From a virus (lineage: Duplodnaviria > Caudoviricetes), in the IMG/VR virus record IMGVR_UViG_2921119228_000004, positions 1 to 64,000 of that record: a DNA stretch of 64,000 nucleotides. One strand, written 5' to 3'. Below the pieces are notes generated by a model. The model was not told where the DNA came from. It saw only the letters and a list, made by a program, of their open reading frames with translations, and did not search any database. A program made the position numbers and the translations under genes. Of this stretch, positions 30,201 through 40,100 are shown one piece after another. Each line of letters opens with the position of its first letter. Position 1 is the first letter of the stretch.

Positions 30201-31248
30201 CTATTTCTTGTGGAGTTATCAAGAATTTACGTTCTTTATGAACGTATTTAACTTCAAATTCTTTATTACTACCAGCAAGCATACCAGACTGAAATATAAC
30301 AGTCATGTTATTACCTTCTATCACATAATCCTCAAAATTCAGATCATCAGGAATAGAACTATCTATAAAATCATAGAAATTCTTTTCTTTATCGGAAACA
30401 ACAACATTAGAAACACTGCCTACTCTTTTAGGTGAAATATGAGAACAATCCAAACTATCCTCTTGAACATCCGTAAGGGTTGTATCAGCCCGTTTTATAT
30501 ACAAGCCTTCCGCATCCGAAACGTAAGCACGCCCTTCATACTCCAATCTTTGATTTTTGGGCAAAAGCAATTCCTTAGATCCATATTTGCTAAAGTCTAT
30601 ATTCTGCTCCCCACCTTGAACGTACAATATGGTAACTGGTCTATTTCCGTCCTTGTTGGAGCGTCCTAAACCTGGAACAAAACCTTTATCTTTCCCATAT
30701 TCAAGAGGCAAAGGTTCACCCTTGTTATATTCAACTTTACGCAAGTGTATTGTTTTGATAGCCGGATCTATTTCATACTCCGTCTTAAAGGTATCGGCAA
30801 TAGTAGGCAAAGCTTCACTACAAAAGATATGGTTGTAGTTAATAGTCTTTTCTTCTGCTTCAATACATTCGCCAACTTTCCAACCGCTATCTCTCATGTT
30901 GAGATTATCTACAATCAACTGTAGATGCTCGTGAGGCTTTGCAGTGTAATCGAACTTCAAACGTTTAGAAACAATATCCCGGCATTTGTATTTACCCAAT
31001 ATTGCGCCTATGTCATACATTACAAGAGTGTATTCAAAATTCCGACTGCTTTTCTTCTTGAAGTCGTCAGGATCCATAAGGTAGTAAGTGATATTCTTGT
31101 AGATACAATAAGCTCCTACGGGAATGTTTATGAACTCTTCACTGGCAAAGTACAGATAAAGAGTGCCTACATTCTGTAAAGCCGTATATCGGTAGCTGCT
31201 TGTATCTACCAGAATATCAATCTCCTTGTTGTTGAAATGTATTTTCAT
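27232..31248 (-). CDS. Large tail tip/host-specificity protein
   Basis: 1338 aa; repeated W..T.P.WK.G.YIW modules linked by GxKGETG collagen-like triplets; within the tail module. Confidence 0.75.
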   Translation of the reverse strand: MKIHFNNKEIDILVDTSSYRYTALQNVGTLYLYFASEEFINIPVGAYCIYKNITYYLMDPDDFKKKSSRNFEYTLVMYDIGAILGKYKCRDIVSKRLKFDYTAKPHEHLQLIVDNLNMRDSGWKVGECIEAEEKTINYNHIFCSEALPTIADTFKTEYEIDPAIKTIHLRKVEYNKGEPLPLEYGKDKGFVPGLGRSNKDGNRPVTILYVQGGEQNIDFSKYGSKELLLPKNQRLEYEGRAYVSDAEGLYIKRADTTLTDVQEDSLDCSHISPKRVGSVSNVVVSDKEKNFYDFIDSSIPDDLNFEDYVIEGNNMTVIFQSGMLAGSNKEFEVKYVHKERKFLITPQEIDGQIMPNDIYKPNLGDKYAVFGIQLPDAYICNNSTKEGASWDMFREAAKYLYENEDPKFTFKGELDSIYSKKRWLSIGGKIKLGGYILFKDPQFIPEGIKIRITSIKEYIHRPYSPIIELSNTTTGATVSSELNKIESNEVKTDNQYKNSIQFTKRRFRDAKETISMLNDALLHFSGSISPISVQTMSLLVGDESLQFRFVNNKTNPTQVEYLVTYDSKKKVLSAPGGILQHMTIGIDTLSSGHKASEYKFWDIEKYTSPTLTETVGYYLYVKANKNGTTGSYVLSKNAIKLEGVEGYYHFLVGILNSEFEEDRSFVELFGFTEILPGRITTDRIVSSDGLNFMDFVNNAFRVGNSDSYFDWNTKGDKKLRLKGTIVQSESGDESPIGCFRGVYDNSYTYYWGDEVIYDDGTGYSMYRFVSKNPVKGISPNNSNYWIIVAQRGVGISNTDVLYAISSSNTTAPTSGWQTTAPAWKDGYYIWSKTKVVYTDGDIVYTDAACITGGKGETGNGISSIIEQYYLSSSATSLLNGSWSNSRPTWKNGWYIWTRSVINYTNGNSITTEAICVTGEKGETGDDGINGDYFEYRYAVNGSRSTPPSLSKTSRNPSGWSTTVPTVGNLQYLWFTVAKINGETNSLIQNWSTPARQTPYDGVDGRNGDTGPTMVYRGVYGSSKVYYGTSKRVDAVKYNGHYYVARVDAGNGFQNHVPTDTAYWNDFGAEFESIATNLLLAEGANIGDWFMSGGKIVSTLLDGNKIILDASMACILIESSRSGGDYSESQYQGSKITIDANNGLIEVRSKSNSRVAYMSPTGIFCNNAETQAVSAILGYTHKASIVGLGFGTVNKSDWNNENFLAGVYGRASNSGTAPAYGGFFQNLMAAGLFLHRKAIEESSSSVYLSETDSLVIGYSRNRQIVYLPSDGVIGRTIFFKQWWTGYMRVYPRSGNELYDDHTQNDYYDIGEGQGAIFHFTVGYVDGVKKSAWLVSRYKF

Positions 31249-31253
31249 GTTTA

Positions 31254-31571
31254 CTAAGTGAATTGATATATCTTACCATTTCCGCATTTCATCCCTTTAA
31301 TCGTAGTGCTGAAAGGGAAAGCGTCTTTGGGGATCTGATCCAAAGTTTTCTTTAAAGAAGCTGCGTTTGTGAAAAACTTACCATCCGCACCATTGCTATG
31401 TTTAAATTTCACAAGGTATCTTCCTTCACCGTGCGAAGTCTTTACATCTGGAATGAAATCTTCTACAATGATCTCACAGTTCAGCACGTCCGAAATAGAA
31501 ACCTGGCTACAGTTGAACATTTTACGTTCATCTTGTACGGTTACACCTAACTCACTAAACTTTCTCATCAC
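31254..31571 (-). CDS. Hypothetical phage protein
   Basis: 105 aa, coupled to neighbours. Confidence 0.65.
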   Translation of the reverse strand: MMRKFSELGVTVQDERKMFNCSQVSISDVLNCEIIVEDFIPDVKTSHGEGRYLVKFKHSNGADGKFFTNAASLKKTLDQIPKDAFPFSTTIKGMKCGNGKIYQFT

Positions 31572-31945
31572 AATATAATATTAAGTTCCTTACAATCGTT
31601 ATCTATCATTTCTTTGATAGCTTTTCTCTTTTGCAAATATTCCTTGTAATCATTGGTAGCTGATTTTTCAGTGAGAATACCGAGCTGGGCAGCGTTATAA
31701 TCATTGATAATTTTGGCTTCTTTATCCGAATTCCACAAATGGGTAATAACTGCCTTTTTTAGCTTATCATTTGTAACCATTCCCCAAACAACAACTTCGT
31801 TACAAGTCCATTTTGTAGTTTGCCCATTATCTCCAGCTTCTCCAAAATGGTTTTCTACTTGAACTTCCTGAATATCCCAACGGTATGTGTAAGAACCATT
31901 CCCGTTAGCCTCTAACTTAGAAGGCTTAAAATCGTAGTGTATCAT
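31568..31945 (-). CDS. Hypothetical phage protein overlapping the RT gene end
   Basis: 125 aa, 20-bp overlap with RT. Confidence 0.65.
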   Translation of the reverse strand: MIHYDFKPSKLEANGNGSYTYRWDIQEVQVENHFGEAGDNGQTTKWTCNEVVVWGMVTNDKLKKAVITHLWNSDKEAKIINDYNAAQLGILTEKSATNDYKEYLQKRKAIKEMIDNDCKELNIIL

Positions 31946-32966
31946 ATACTTGCTTTTTAATTATTGTTTTTAATAGATGCTTAGAATTACTGTATTTAAC
32001 CCAGCCAAACCAACTGCAAATAACTTGCTTGTATTCCATATCGGAAATGTGCTTTTTCTTATTCAGCTTGGCTGCCTTCCTACATAGGTTCTTTTTGATT
32101 CCCTTCCGAATAAGGGTATGGGTATGGTAAAAGACATACCCGACAAAATCAATACCTCTATGGCTATCAATTTTGAATACTTGAAACTTCCATTTCTTTT
32201 TTCCAGTTTTAGGATCCACTTTACGAAGTGATAGCTTTAAATTGTCATGCAGATATTCTTCAATCTCTATACGGAGTTTGTGAAGCTGTTTAGGATCATC
32301 GCCTAAAATCACAATATCATCTGCATACCTAAAGTAATATCTTACCTTCTTAACCTCCTTTATCCAGTGATCGAAGTAAGCCAGATAAATATTAGCAAAA
32401 TACTGACTTAGATAGTTCCCTATGGGTACGCCATCGGCACTGTCTATAATCACGTCAAGCAACCAAAGCAGATCTTTATCTTTGATTTTCTTCCGTAATA
32501 TTGTTTTCAAAATATCATGGTCTATACTTGGATAGAACTTCACTATATCCATTTTCAAGCAGTAAGTAGTGTGTTCTGGATCTTCTTTCAAAGCCTTCTT
32601 TACTTTATCTGCTGCTTTATGAATACCACGATCCTTAATGCAAGAATAGGTATCTTCTGTAAATAAGGACACCCATATAGGCTCCAGAATATTCATAATG
32701 GCATGGTGCAAGATTCTATCAGGATAATAAGGCAAACGGTAAATAAGCCGTTCTTTGGGATCTCTGATTATAAATACTTCATATTTAGAATTTACAAAAG
32801 TCTTGTTTTTCAAAGATTCGTGAAGAGCCAGTATGTTTGCTTCCCTATTCCTATCGTGTCGTTTGACACCATAAGAACGCAACTTGCCTTTTCTGGCTTT
32901 TTCATCAGCCAGGCGCAAGTTGTCAAGTGAAATAATTTGCTCGTATAAATTACTTAATCTCTTCAT
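31926..32966 (-). CDS. DGR reverse transcriptase
   Basis: RYADD catalytic motif, PIGNYLSQ (DGR-type SQ), LKMDIVKFYPSIDH; adjacent TR. Confidence 0.95.
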   Translation of the reverse strand: MKRLSNLYEQIISLDNLRLADEKARKGKLRSYGVKRHDRNREANILALHESLKNKTFVNSKYEVFIIRDPKERLIYRLPYYPDRILHHAIMNILEPIWVSLFTEDTYSCIKDRGIHKAADKVKKALKEDPEHTTYCLKMDIVKFYPSIDHDILKTILRKKIKDKDLLWLLDVIIDSADGVPIGNYLSQYFANIYLAYFDHWIKEVKKVRYYFRYADDIVILGDDPKQLHKLRIEIEEYLHDNLKLSLRKVDPKTGKKKWKFQVFKIDSHRGIDFVGYVFYHTHTLIRKGIKKNLCRKAAKLNKKKHISDMEYKQVICSWFGWVKYSNSKHLLKTIIKKQVYDTLRF

Positions 32967-33080
32967 ATTCTTTGTTTTTCGTACTCAGAGCCTTCGGTTT
33001 CCCAACCAGCACCTTTATGAGTTATGTTATCTTCTACCAATAGGTAAGGTCGTTGCTTCGTATGTTGAGTTAATTTTGAA

Positions 33081-33195
33081 AAATCATAGCTGAGAGCTGA
33101 CATTCGCATTCGTATTCGAGGGGGTGTTATTCGTATTCGCATAACCGAAGCCTGCATGATCGCCATTATTCGTATTACCGCTGAAAAGGACACCC
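33081..33195 (-). ncRNA. DGR template repeat (TR)
   Basis: 115 nt aligning without gaps to 33279-33393; rich in AAT/AAC codons on the coding strand. Confidence 0.95.
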
Positions 33196-33263
33196 ACCAG
33201 CAACCAACCTATATTTATTTGTTTATTAATCATTTAAGTCTTGCAGTCTAAACCTGGCTCGCT

Positions 33264-34691
33264 TCACGATTCAGGAATAAAACAAAGCCGAGAGCCGACA
33301 TCCGCATCCGTAGACGAGGGGGCGCTACGCGTATGCGCACAACCGAAGCCCGCACGATCGCCATCATACGTAGCACCGCCGAAAAGGACACCCCTAAGAG
33401 CGTTAGATCCTATATTGGTATAGAAGTAATCACACCAATAGGTAGTAGATCCACCTCCGACTACAGAAGCAATCAAATCGCCAAATTCACCGAAAATCAT
33501 TTCTTTTGCATAACCTTCTGCACGTGCAGCCAATCCTCTAAGCGTATAGCCTGTGTAGTTACTATCGTTGTATTTAGAAGGATCATCGCAAACATACACT
33601 TTAGAAGTTCCTCCGTCTGAATTGGTTTTCACTTCTATATTTACTCCATCCGTCCATTTCCAGACGTGCCCGAAGGGATTTTCAATACCACGATAGCGAG
33701 GTACGGTAAATACTTTGCTGTTTTCTCCTTCTGCTTTCTCTAAAGTGTAAGCTACTTCACCAGAAGCATTTCCCAATTCATCACTCGTACCGCAAGGAAT
33801 AATAGGATAATAACCACTAAAATTGTTCCACTTTGTACCATCCCATGTAGTTACACCATTACCCAAACCACCCTGAGCATACCCGTTGCTATCTTTCTGG
33901 GCATTGAAAGCCAACTGGCAGTTAAGGTTTCCATACTCTATGTAATAGAGCCATGCCAAAGTGATATAAGCGTTATAGTCCATGCAGTTCCATTGCGTAC
34001 CAGCCCCCCTTTTACGAGCAGCAGCACGAAAGTTTGTTCTACTCGTAGATGTAGCTGGCTTGCCTAATTGGGATTTAGGCAAAGCATCCCAATCTGCTTG
34101 GTTGTTACCACCTCTGTAATCAGCCGAAGTATTTACTACAGAAGCCAGTTTACCAGTGCTACGTTGGATTGTTGCCTCATAAGCCGAGATATAGCATTTC
34201 TTTACGAAATGATAACCAGGTATCGGGTATTCACTGATTCGTACACCTCTTTTGTTTCCATTGGTATAAAATCTTCTCCAGTGAGCAGGGATTTCCACCA
34301 TAACCATACCATTGGAACCATCCCTTTTATGCGCTTTCCAGTTGGTAGGGTTTAGGTATTCAATAACCTTGCCTTCATCTGATAGCAAACACCCTTTCAT
34401 CTTGCTTTGAATTGGCAATGTTTTATGCAGTGTCATATTGCCAGTACGGGTAAGAACCGAAGAAGATACTGTTACATCTAATTCTACGCCATAACTACAT
34501 TGATCCTCTGCATAAGGTAGCATAGCAGCCAGACCAGCTTGTTTGCTTTCTCCGCTTTTATCCAATACCTCAGTTGTGAGGTCAAAAGGGTTACTGCTGT
34601 CTGCTACTGGTAATTCATTTAATCTTTTGCCATTGTCGTAAGCTGTAATAATCTTTTTTACTTTAGCTTCCTCTTCTGCTGTAAGTGCCAT
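33264..34691 (-). CDS. DGR target protein, C-type-lectin-fold receptor-binding/tail fibre protein
   Basis: YISAYEA, RGIENPFGHVWKW, GVLFGG...GSRLCF; contains the VR; in the tail module. Confidence 0.88.
   Translation of the reverse strand: MALTAEEEAKVKKIITAYDNGKRLNELPVADSSNPFDLTTEVLDKSGESKQAGLAAMLPYAEDQCSYGVELDVTVSSSVLTRTGNMTLHKTLPIQSKMKGCLLSDEGKVIEYLNPTNWKAHKRDGSNGMVMVEIPAHWRRFYTNGNKRGVRISEYPIPGYHFVKKCYISAYEATIQRSTGKLASVVNTSADYRGGNNQADWDALPKSQLGKPATSTSRTNFRAAARKRGAGTQWNCMDYNAYITLAWLYYIEYGNLNCQLAFNAQKDSNGYAQGGLGNGVTTWDGTKWNNFSGYYPIIPCGTSDELGNASGEVAYTLEKAEGENSKVFTVPRYRGIENPFGHVWKWTDGVNIEVKTNSDGGTSKVYVCDDPSKYNDSNYTGYTLRGLAARAEGYAKEMIFGEFGDLIASVVGGGSTTYWCDYFYTNIGSNALRGVLFGGATYDGDRAGFGCAHTRSAPSSTDADVGSRLCFIPES
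33279..33393 (-). repeat. DGR variable repeat (VR) at the 3' end of the target gene
   Basis: 21 mismatches to TR, all at TR adenines (coding strand). Confidence 0.95.
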
Positions 34692-34729
34692 ATTTTTTAT
34701 AGTGTTAAGAAGTTAAACAATAAAATTTA

Positions 34730-35491
34730 CTAAGTTAATATGATACCACCAGAGCCGGATAAACGCATACCCTTACCAGAAGTAAACCTTATTCCTGGCT
34801 CCTGTACTTCAATCTGTATAGTTTGATAAATACCCGTATTTTCCGTTGGGATAACGTGAATTTTACTCATTCCTACACCGTTAATCATAAATACGCCATC
34901 AGGAGTGATAGACACCGCCCGATCATCACCGAGAAACAATACATTCCTACCAGTATCTACGGGAAGTAATTCTACCTCAACTTTGAAAGGCTGGGTATTC
35001 CTGTAAGTAACTTTTTTCGGGTAGTTTAGCTTCATGGAAGTAGGGATCAGCTTGTATTTTGAGATTAGCGATTCTTCCAGTTCCTCCAGCCTTGCGATAA
35101 CTACCCTTGCATCGCCAGTAGCTTCATTTGCATTATCTTTAGCAGTATTGGCTTCTTCCGCCTTTTCGTGAGCTTCATTAGCTTTTGCGTTGGCATTGTT
35201 GGTAGCCTCTACTGCCTTACCTGCTGCGCTATCGGCTGCTGTAGCTTTTTCATTAGCCAGTTTAGCAGCGTCCTCAGCCTTTTTAGCTGCTGCTGTGGCA
35301 GTTGTTCCACGAGCAATACATTTCCACCAGGTAGTTTCGGTTAAAGCGTGTCCTTTGTTCCCGTCCTTGATACAGAGATAGCAACTATCATCCGTAGTAA
35401 TGAAATCAAATGTATTATATGTGGTAGCTGATGAATAAGTTCCCTTATCCACGAAAGCAACCTTTCCTAATCTTATGTTTCCTTCTGCCAT
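34730..35491 (-). CDS. Tail fibre/baseplate-associated protein, Ala-rich coiled coil
   Basis: KGTYSSATTYNTFDF module, Ala/Asn/Lys heptads, Ig-like C-terminus. Confidence 0.6.
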   Translation of the reverse strand: MAEGNIRLGKVAFVDKGTYSSATTYNTFDFITTDDSCYLCIKDGNKGHALTETTWWKCIARGTTATAAAKKAEDAAKLANEKATAADSAAGKAVEATNNANAKANEAHEKAEEANTAKDNANEATGDARVVIARLEELEESLISKYKLIPTSMKLNYPKKVTYRNTQPFKVEVELLPVDTGRNVLFLGDDRAVSITPDGVFMINGVGMSKIHVIPTENTGIYQTIQIEVQEPGIRFTSGKGMRLSGSGGIILT

Positions 35492-35492
35492 A

Positions 35493-36230
35493 TCACTTGG
35501 GGTTAAAAATTAAAAATCCTTCATTGTCAATATCAAACATATCAGCAGCTATATCATCCTGGTAATACATGATCAGTTCCATTGTATCGGGATCAATCGT
35601 AAAAGTAGGATAGAGAATACCGCCTTTTGCCAAAATCCCGGTATCTACATACTTCTTTTGCGTTTCATCCCATTTCCACCAGTTGCCATTTTCACCCATT
35701 TTCGGGGGATTATCCGCTTGTTCTTTTGCCCTATTTGCCTGAGTATTTGCATTGTTAGCTGCTGTTTCTGCCTTTTGTGCTTTCTCATTCGCATTAGTAG
35801 CTGCTTTATTGGCATTGGCTGTAGCACTTTCAGTTGCACTTTTTATCTCTTCCAATCCTTTTCGTGCATTATCCGCATTGGTAGCTGCTGTATTCGCTTT
35901 TTGAGTAGCCAAGTTTGCGTTGGAAGTAGCAGTTTTAGCCTGTTGGGCAGCCTCATTAGCATTATTGGTAGCCGTTTTCGCTGCCTCAGTCGCTTTATTT
36001 GCGTTTGAGGTTGCAGTGTTGGCACTTGAAGCAGCATTGTTAGCAGACTTGGCAGCTTCATTTGCACTGTTGGTTGCTTTTACAGCGTTCTCGTATGCCG
36101 TTTGAATGTATTCCAAACTTACTTTCACGCTGGTTTGTACCCCATTGATTAATTTAACTCCAATAGTGTACAATCCTTTCAGGTTATCCGAAAGTGTCAG
36201 CTCGCTTATTTTCTTCTTTTTAATAGCCAT
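35493..36230 (-). CDS. Tail fibre-associated protein, Ala-rich coiled coil
   Basis: AxxATxxANxA repeats; GENGNWWKWD motif. Confidence 0.6.
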   Translation of the reverse strand: MAIKKKKISELTLSDNLKGLYTIGVKLINGVQTSVKVSLEYIQTAYENAVKATNSANEAAKSANNAASSANTATSNANKATEAAKTATNNANEAAQQAKTATSNANLATQKANTAATNADNARKGLEEIKSATESATANANKAATNANEKAQKAETAANNANTQANRAKEQADNPPKMGENGNWWKWDETQKKYVDTGILAKGGILYPTFTIDPDTMELIMYYQDDIAADMFDIDNEGFLIFNPK

Positions 36231-37188
36231 AGCTTTTCAAATCTATATAAAACTCACCATCTTCTGTAACTATCAATTCTCCAGCCTCAGAAGCAAGTAA
36301 ATATTCATCCCCTCCAACTCTAAAGGCAGTAAATACCAACGTTAAGGTAAAAACGCACCAAACTTGATCGTCAGGGGAAAACAGACTTACTTTTGAGCTT
36401 TTGTAGTAACATGGGTATTCCTCGTAAGTGCTTTCAACGAACAAGGATCTTTCAGCCGTTTGTACCTTCACGCCTTCGCCTTCGTCTATTTCCACAACCT
36501 TTATCAGATCGTGAAGGAAAGCATTGTAATTTCTCCAGAACTCCGTTAGATTCTTAGCGATTAAGCAACAATTCAAGGCAACTTCTTTATGTTGGTACAC
36601 TACTTGTTTGCCATCATAAATAGCCCCATTTTGGGTAGAAAGGTTACGTAACATATTTTTCTTCACTGCTGGAGCTTTAAGTATTTGTGCCTCGCTTCCT
36701 TCCAATACACGAATACCGTAAACGGAGAAATCTATCCTGTCTATTTCATACCCCTGCGTAGGTATATTGGTTGTCGATAAAGGAGCCGTATATTTATAAT
36801 CTCTCAAAGGGAAATCATCTGCGAATTTTAACGAGAAACTTTTAGCACCGATATACAGAGCTACATTTACCTCTGAAACCAATCGGAGTTTACAAGTATA
36901 TCCGATTCTTTTAAACTCAAAGGTATGGTAAGCTCCATCGGACAACAGAGAAATGAAATCTCCAGTCTGATACATACCTACTGCGTTGAACTTTATTTCA
37001 AGTTCTTTAGTATCAAGTTTAGGATCCGACAAATCCACTTCGATACCGTCATACTCTGCCCAATCATTAGAAACTTCTGGTGCTTTTAATGCCGGGAAAG
37101 CAACAACTTCATTATGCCCACCCTCAGCAATAAAAACCCCGAACCGAGTAAAAGCGTCCGTACCGTCTATGTATAAGTTATTTTTCAT
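36220..37188 (-). CDS. Distal tail (Dit)-like protein
   Basis: Immediately after the tape measure; two similar halves (IDG.D...FG..I.EG). Confidence 0.6.
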   Translation of the reverse strand: MKNNLYIDGTDAFTRFGVFIAEGGHNEVVAFPALKAPEVSNDWAEYDGIEVDLSDPKLDTKELEIKFNAVGMYQTGDFISLLSDGAYHTFEFKRIGYTCKLRLVSEVNVALYIGAKSFSLKFADDFPLRDYKYTAPLSTTNIPTQGYEIDRIDFSVYGIRVLEGSEAQILKAPAVKKNMLRNLSTQNGAIYDGKQVVYQHKEVALNCCLIAKNLTEFWRNYNAFLHDLIKVVEIDEGEGVKVQTAERSLFVESTYEEYPCYYKSSKVSLFSPDDQVWCVFTLTLVFTAFRVGGDEYLLASEAGELIVTEDGEFYIDLKSYGY

Positions 37189-40100
37189 TTCCTCATTATT
37201 ACACCTTTATCGTTCATGTTACCTATGCTTTCTTTCATTTCCTTTATATTGGAATTGATAGATTCCAGATTCTTGCAATAGCTTGTATTTTCTCTGATAC
37301 CAGTTAATACCTCAAGAAATTTGGCACAATGGCTAACCAATGATTTAATACCTTCATTTATAGAATAGGTATGCCCTTGAATTGCAGTTGTTCTTCCGTT
37401 CAGCTCGTTTACGCTGTCCTGGCTTGCTGCTATGCCGTTATTGCTGGAAACCTCACGATTCTCTGTTTCCCAAAGGTGAAAGCCTTGTTTGTTTGCTTCT
37501 TCTTTCCAATGCTCCATCCATTGTTGGGCATTATTCATATCCGTACCGATACCTTGATAGAAAGAGGAAACCAAATCCCTTGCTTCCTTAGCTATTTCTT
37601 CTTCTGTTTTGCCGGATCCATAGATTTTCTCCAAATCCGCTTGTAGTCTTTTGAACTTATCAGAGAAGAATAAAGAGTAGGCAATCTGTTTACCCAAATC
37701 TTCCAATACAGAAGATCCTTTTTCTCCAAACTTTTCCCACGCATCTACACCGTCATTTTCAATAGCCTCAGTGATACTATCCATTATACTATCACCTAAA
37801 GAGCCAAAAGTACCCTCTAAGTAATCTCTTAGTGCTTGTTGGGCTTCTTCCGCTTGTTCTTGAAGATCTATAAGGTTTTGCAACAAATTCCGATTCTCAT
37901 CGCTCATTGTTTGAGTGTCAAGAATGGCTTGCGCTCTTTCTTTGTTCAGATTTTTTTCACCATCTATTAAATCCGGGTAAACCTGGAGTACCGAAGTATA
38001 AATATCATGCTGCTTTTTCCAAAACCAAGCACCAGTAGTGTAACTTCCCGTTTTTATGGTTATATCATTAAGCGCACCTATACCCTGATTGTACGCATTT
38101 AATTTTGCATTGTATTCATCAAGCCCCCAGTTCCCTTTAGGGTTAAACTGAAACTGATAAGTTGGTTTATCCCCCTTTAGGACTTCTTTGTATTCAGCTA
38201 TCGCATCACGATATACCTCTATTGCATTGATAGCTTTTTCTATTTGATCTGTACCAAAAATAGATGTTGCTTCCTCCAAAAGTAAATTTTGCTCCATGAG
38301 CAATAAGTTGTACTGGCGTTGCATTTCCAGTTTGTTCTCGGCTACTTCTTTAAGTGCCTCTTGGTGTTCCTTTTCAGCCTTAGAGGACAACCCAAACAAT
38401 GAAGTGATAAGGGAAACGGCTGTACCGACTATGGAAAGGATAACCGAAGCTCTTTCTACTCCTTTGATAGCTTCTGCACCAGTAACCGCCAACGCTTGAA
38501 TACCCGTTATCATAGAAATTATACCTCCTGCGATATTGGTAGCAGCAGACAAAGCAGCTTTGGTTGCATCATCCATCCCGTCAAAGTCTGAAATGATATT
38601 ATTAACAGTATCATCTACCTCATTCATCACCTTTAGGGTATCGCTCCACTTCTTTTTGTTTTTTTCAGCAGATGAAATGCTTGCGTCTTTTGCCTCAGCA
38701 ACCTCTACTTTTTTCTCCAGGGTTTTAATTTGCGCACGAAGAGTAGCTTTTTCTTTATCATCCAGCTTGCCACCTTCTTTTTTCAGCGTGTCTTGGGCTG
38801 TTTGTAAAGCCTCCTTTAGCTGTCTTAACCCCATAGAGGATATTTGTTCTACCCATACATTAAAAGTCGCTTCACGAGTAGCTATCTCTTGATCTAAAGC
38901 GTCCAAAGCATCTTGTTTATCACTTTCAGCCTGAGCGATATTTTCTTCGGAGAAAGTAACTTGCCTTCCGGCTTTTTTATCTTTCTCATTAACAGCTCGC
39001 ATTTCGTCAATATCTTGCTGAAAATTTTCCTCTATCTCCTTGCGCTTTTCCGCATAGGTCTGATACTGCTTTAGCATTTCTTCTATTGCAGTCTGATTGC
39101 CAGTAGACAATTTCTTTCCAGCAGCATTTTCAAGAGCTTTAAATTGTTGCTCATCCTGCTCTGATAATTGGGTGGTAGTTGGCTTAAACGTACCTTTTTT
39201 GCCCTGAGATTCCCATATAGTTTTTTCCCACTCTTGAATTTTGGTTAGCTTATCCTCCTTTTGACGTTTGATCTGCTCCATTTCCTGCTCATAGTTGAGC
39301 TGGTTTTGTTTCAATGTTTTAGAAAGTCCTTCCTTATAGGTGTTGATCTCAGCTTGCCTTACAGCAAATTCCATATCCTTTTTAATACGGATCTGCTCTT
39401 GTGCATTACGTTTTATCTCATCGGAATAATCCTTTTGAGAAGAGGACGTTTTTCTATCTGGTAACTTTTTACTCAGTGAATCTATACGTCTTTGATAGTC
39501 GTTGTATTCAGCACTACCCTTAACGGTTTCTTTCTGCTCCTGTTTCAGCTTAGAAATACGGCTCTCTACTTGGCTAATAATTTGCAGCTCGTTTTCACGT
39601 TCAAGAACGGTAGCCTTTAATTTAGCTATATAGCTTTCCTGCCCTTTTACAACAGCATCGGTTACTACTTTGCCATCAGACATTAAGCCGTTGTTCTCTT
39701 TGAGAGCCTTTTTGAAAGCCTCCAGTTTTTCTTGACCTTTAGTAATGGCTGCTTCTATCTCAGAAATGGATTTACCTTTGGTATAAAATACCTCTTCCTG
39801 ATTACCCGTTTTCTGATTTTGGTTAGGATTCTCCCCGAAGCGTTTTTGAGCCTCTTTTATGATATTATTATAAATGCCACGAGCTTTGAATACTTTGGTT
39901 ATTTCATCTTGCAAGTCATTAGCTATGTAGGTTTGCGCACCTATACCAGTCATGGGATCGCCAGGCAAGTATTTGGTTTCGTCAAACTGCTTTATAATAT
40001 CCTGGATTTCTTTAGTAATTTCCCCCTTACCTTCCAGCACTGGCTTAATCTTCCAGTAATAAGTTTCCGCAAGGTCGATACCGTCTTTATCCTTCTTTCC

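Noticed and set aside
32963-33193. 76-aa ORF across the TR
   Set aside because: It is not the VR-equivalent frame and is best explained by the AAT-rich TR sequence; no evidence it is a gene
34730-36230. Ala-rich repeats as a DNA repeat element
   Set aside because: Periodicity is at the protein heptad level (coiled coil), with no exact nucleotide repeats
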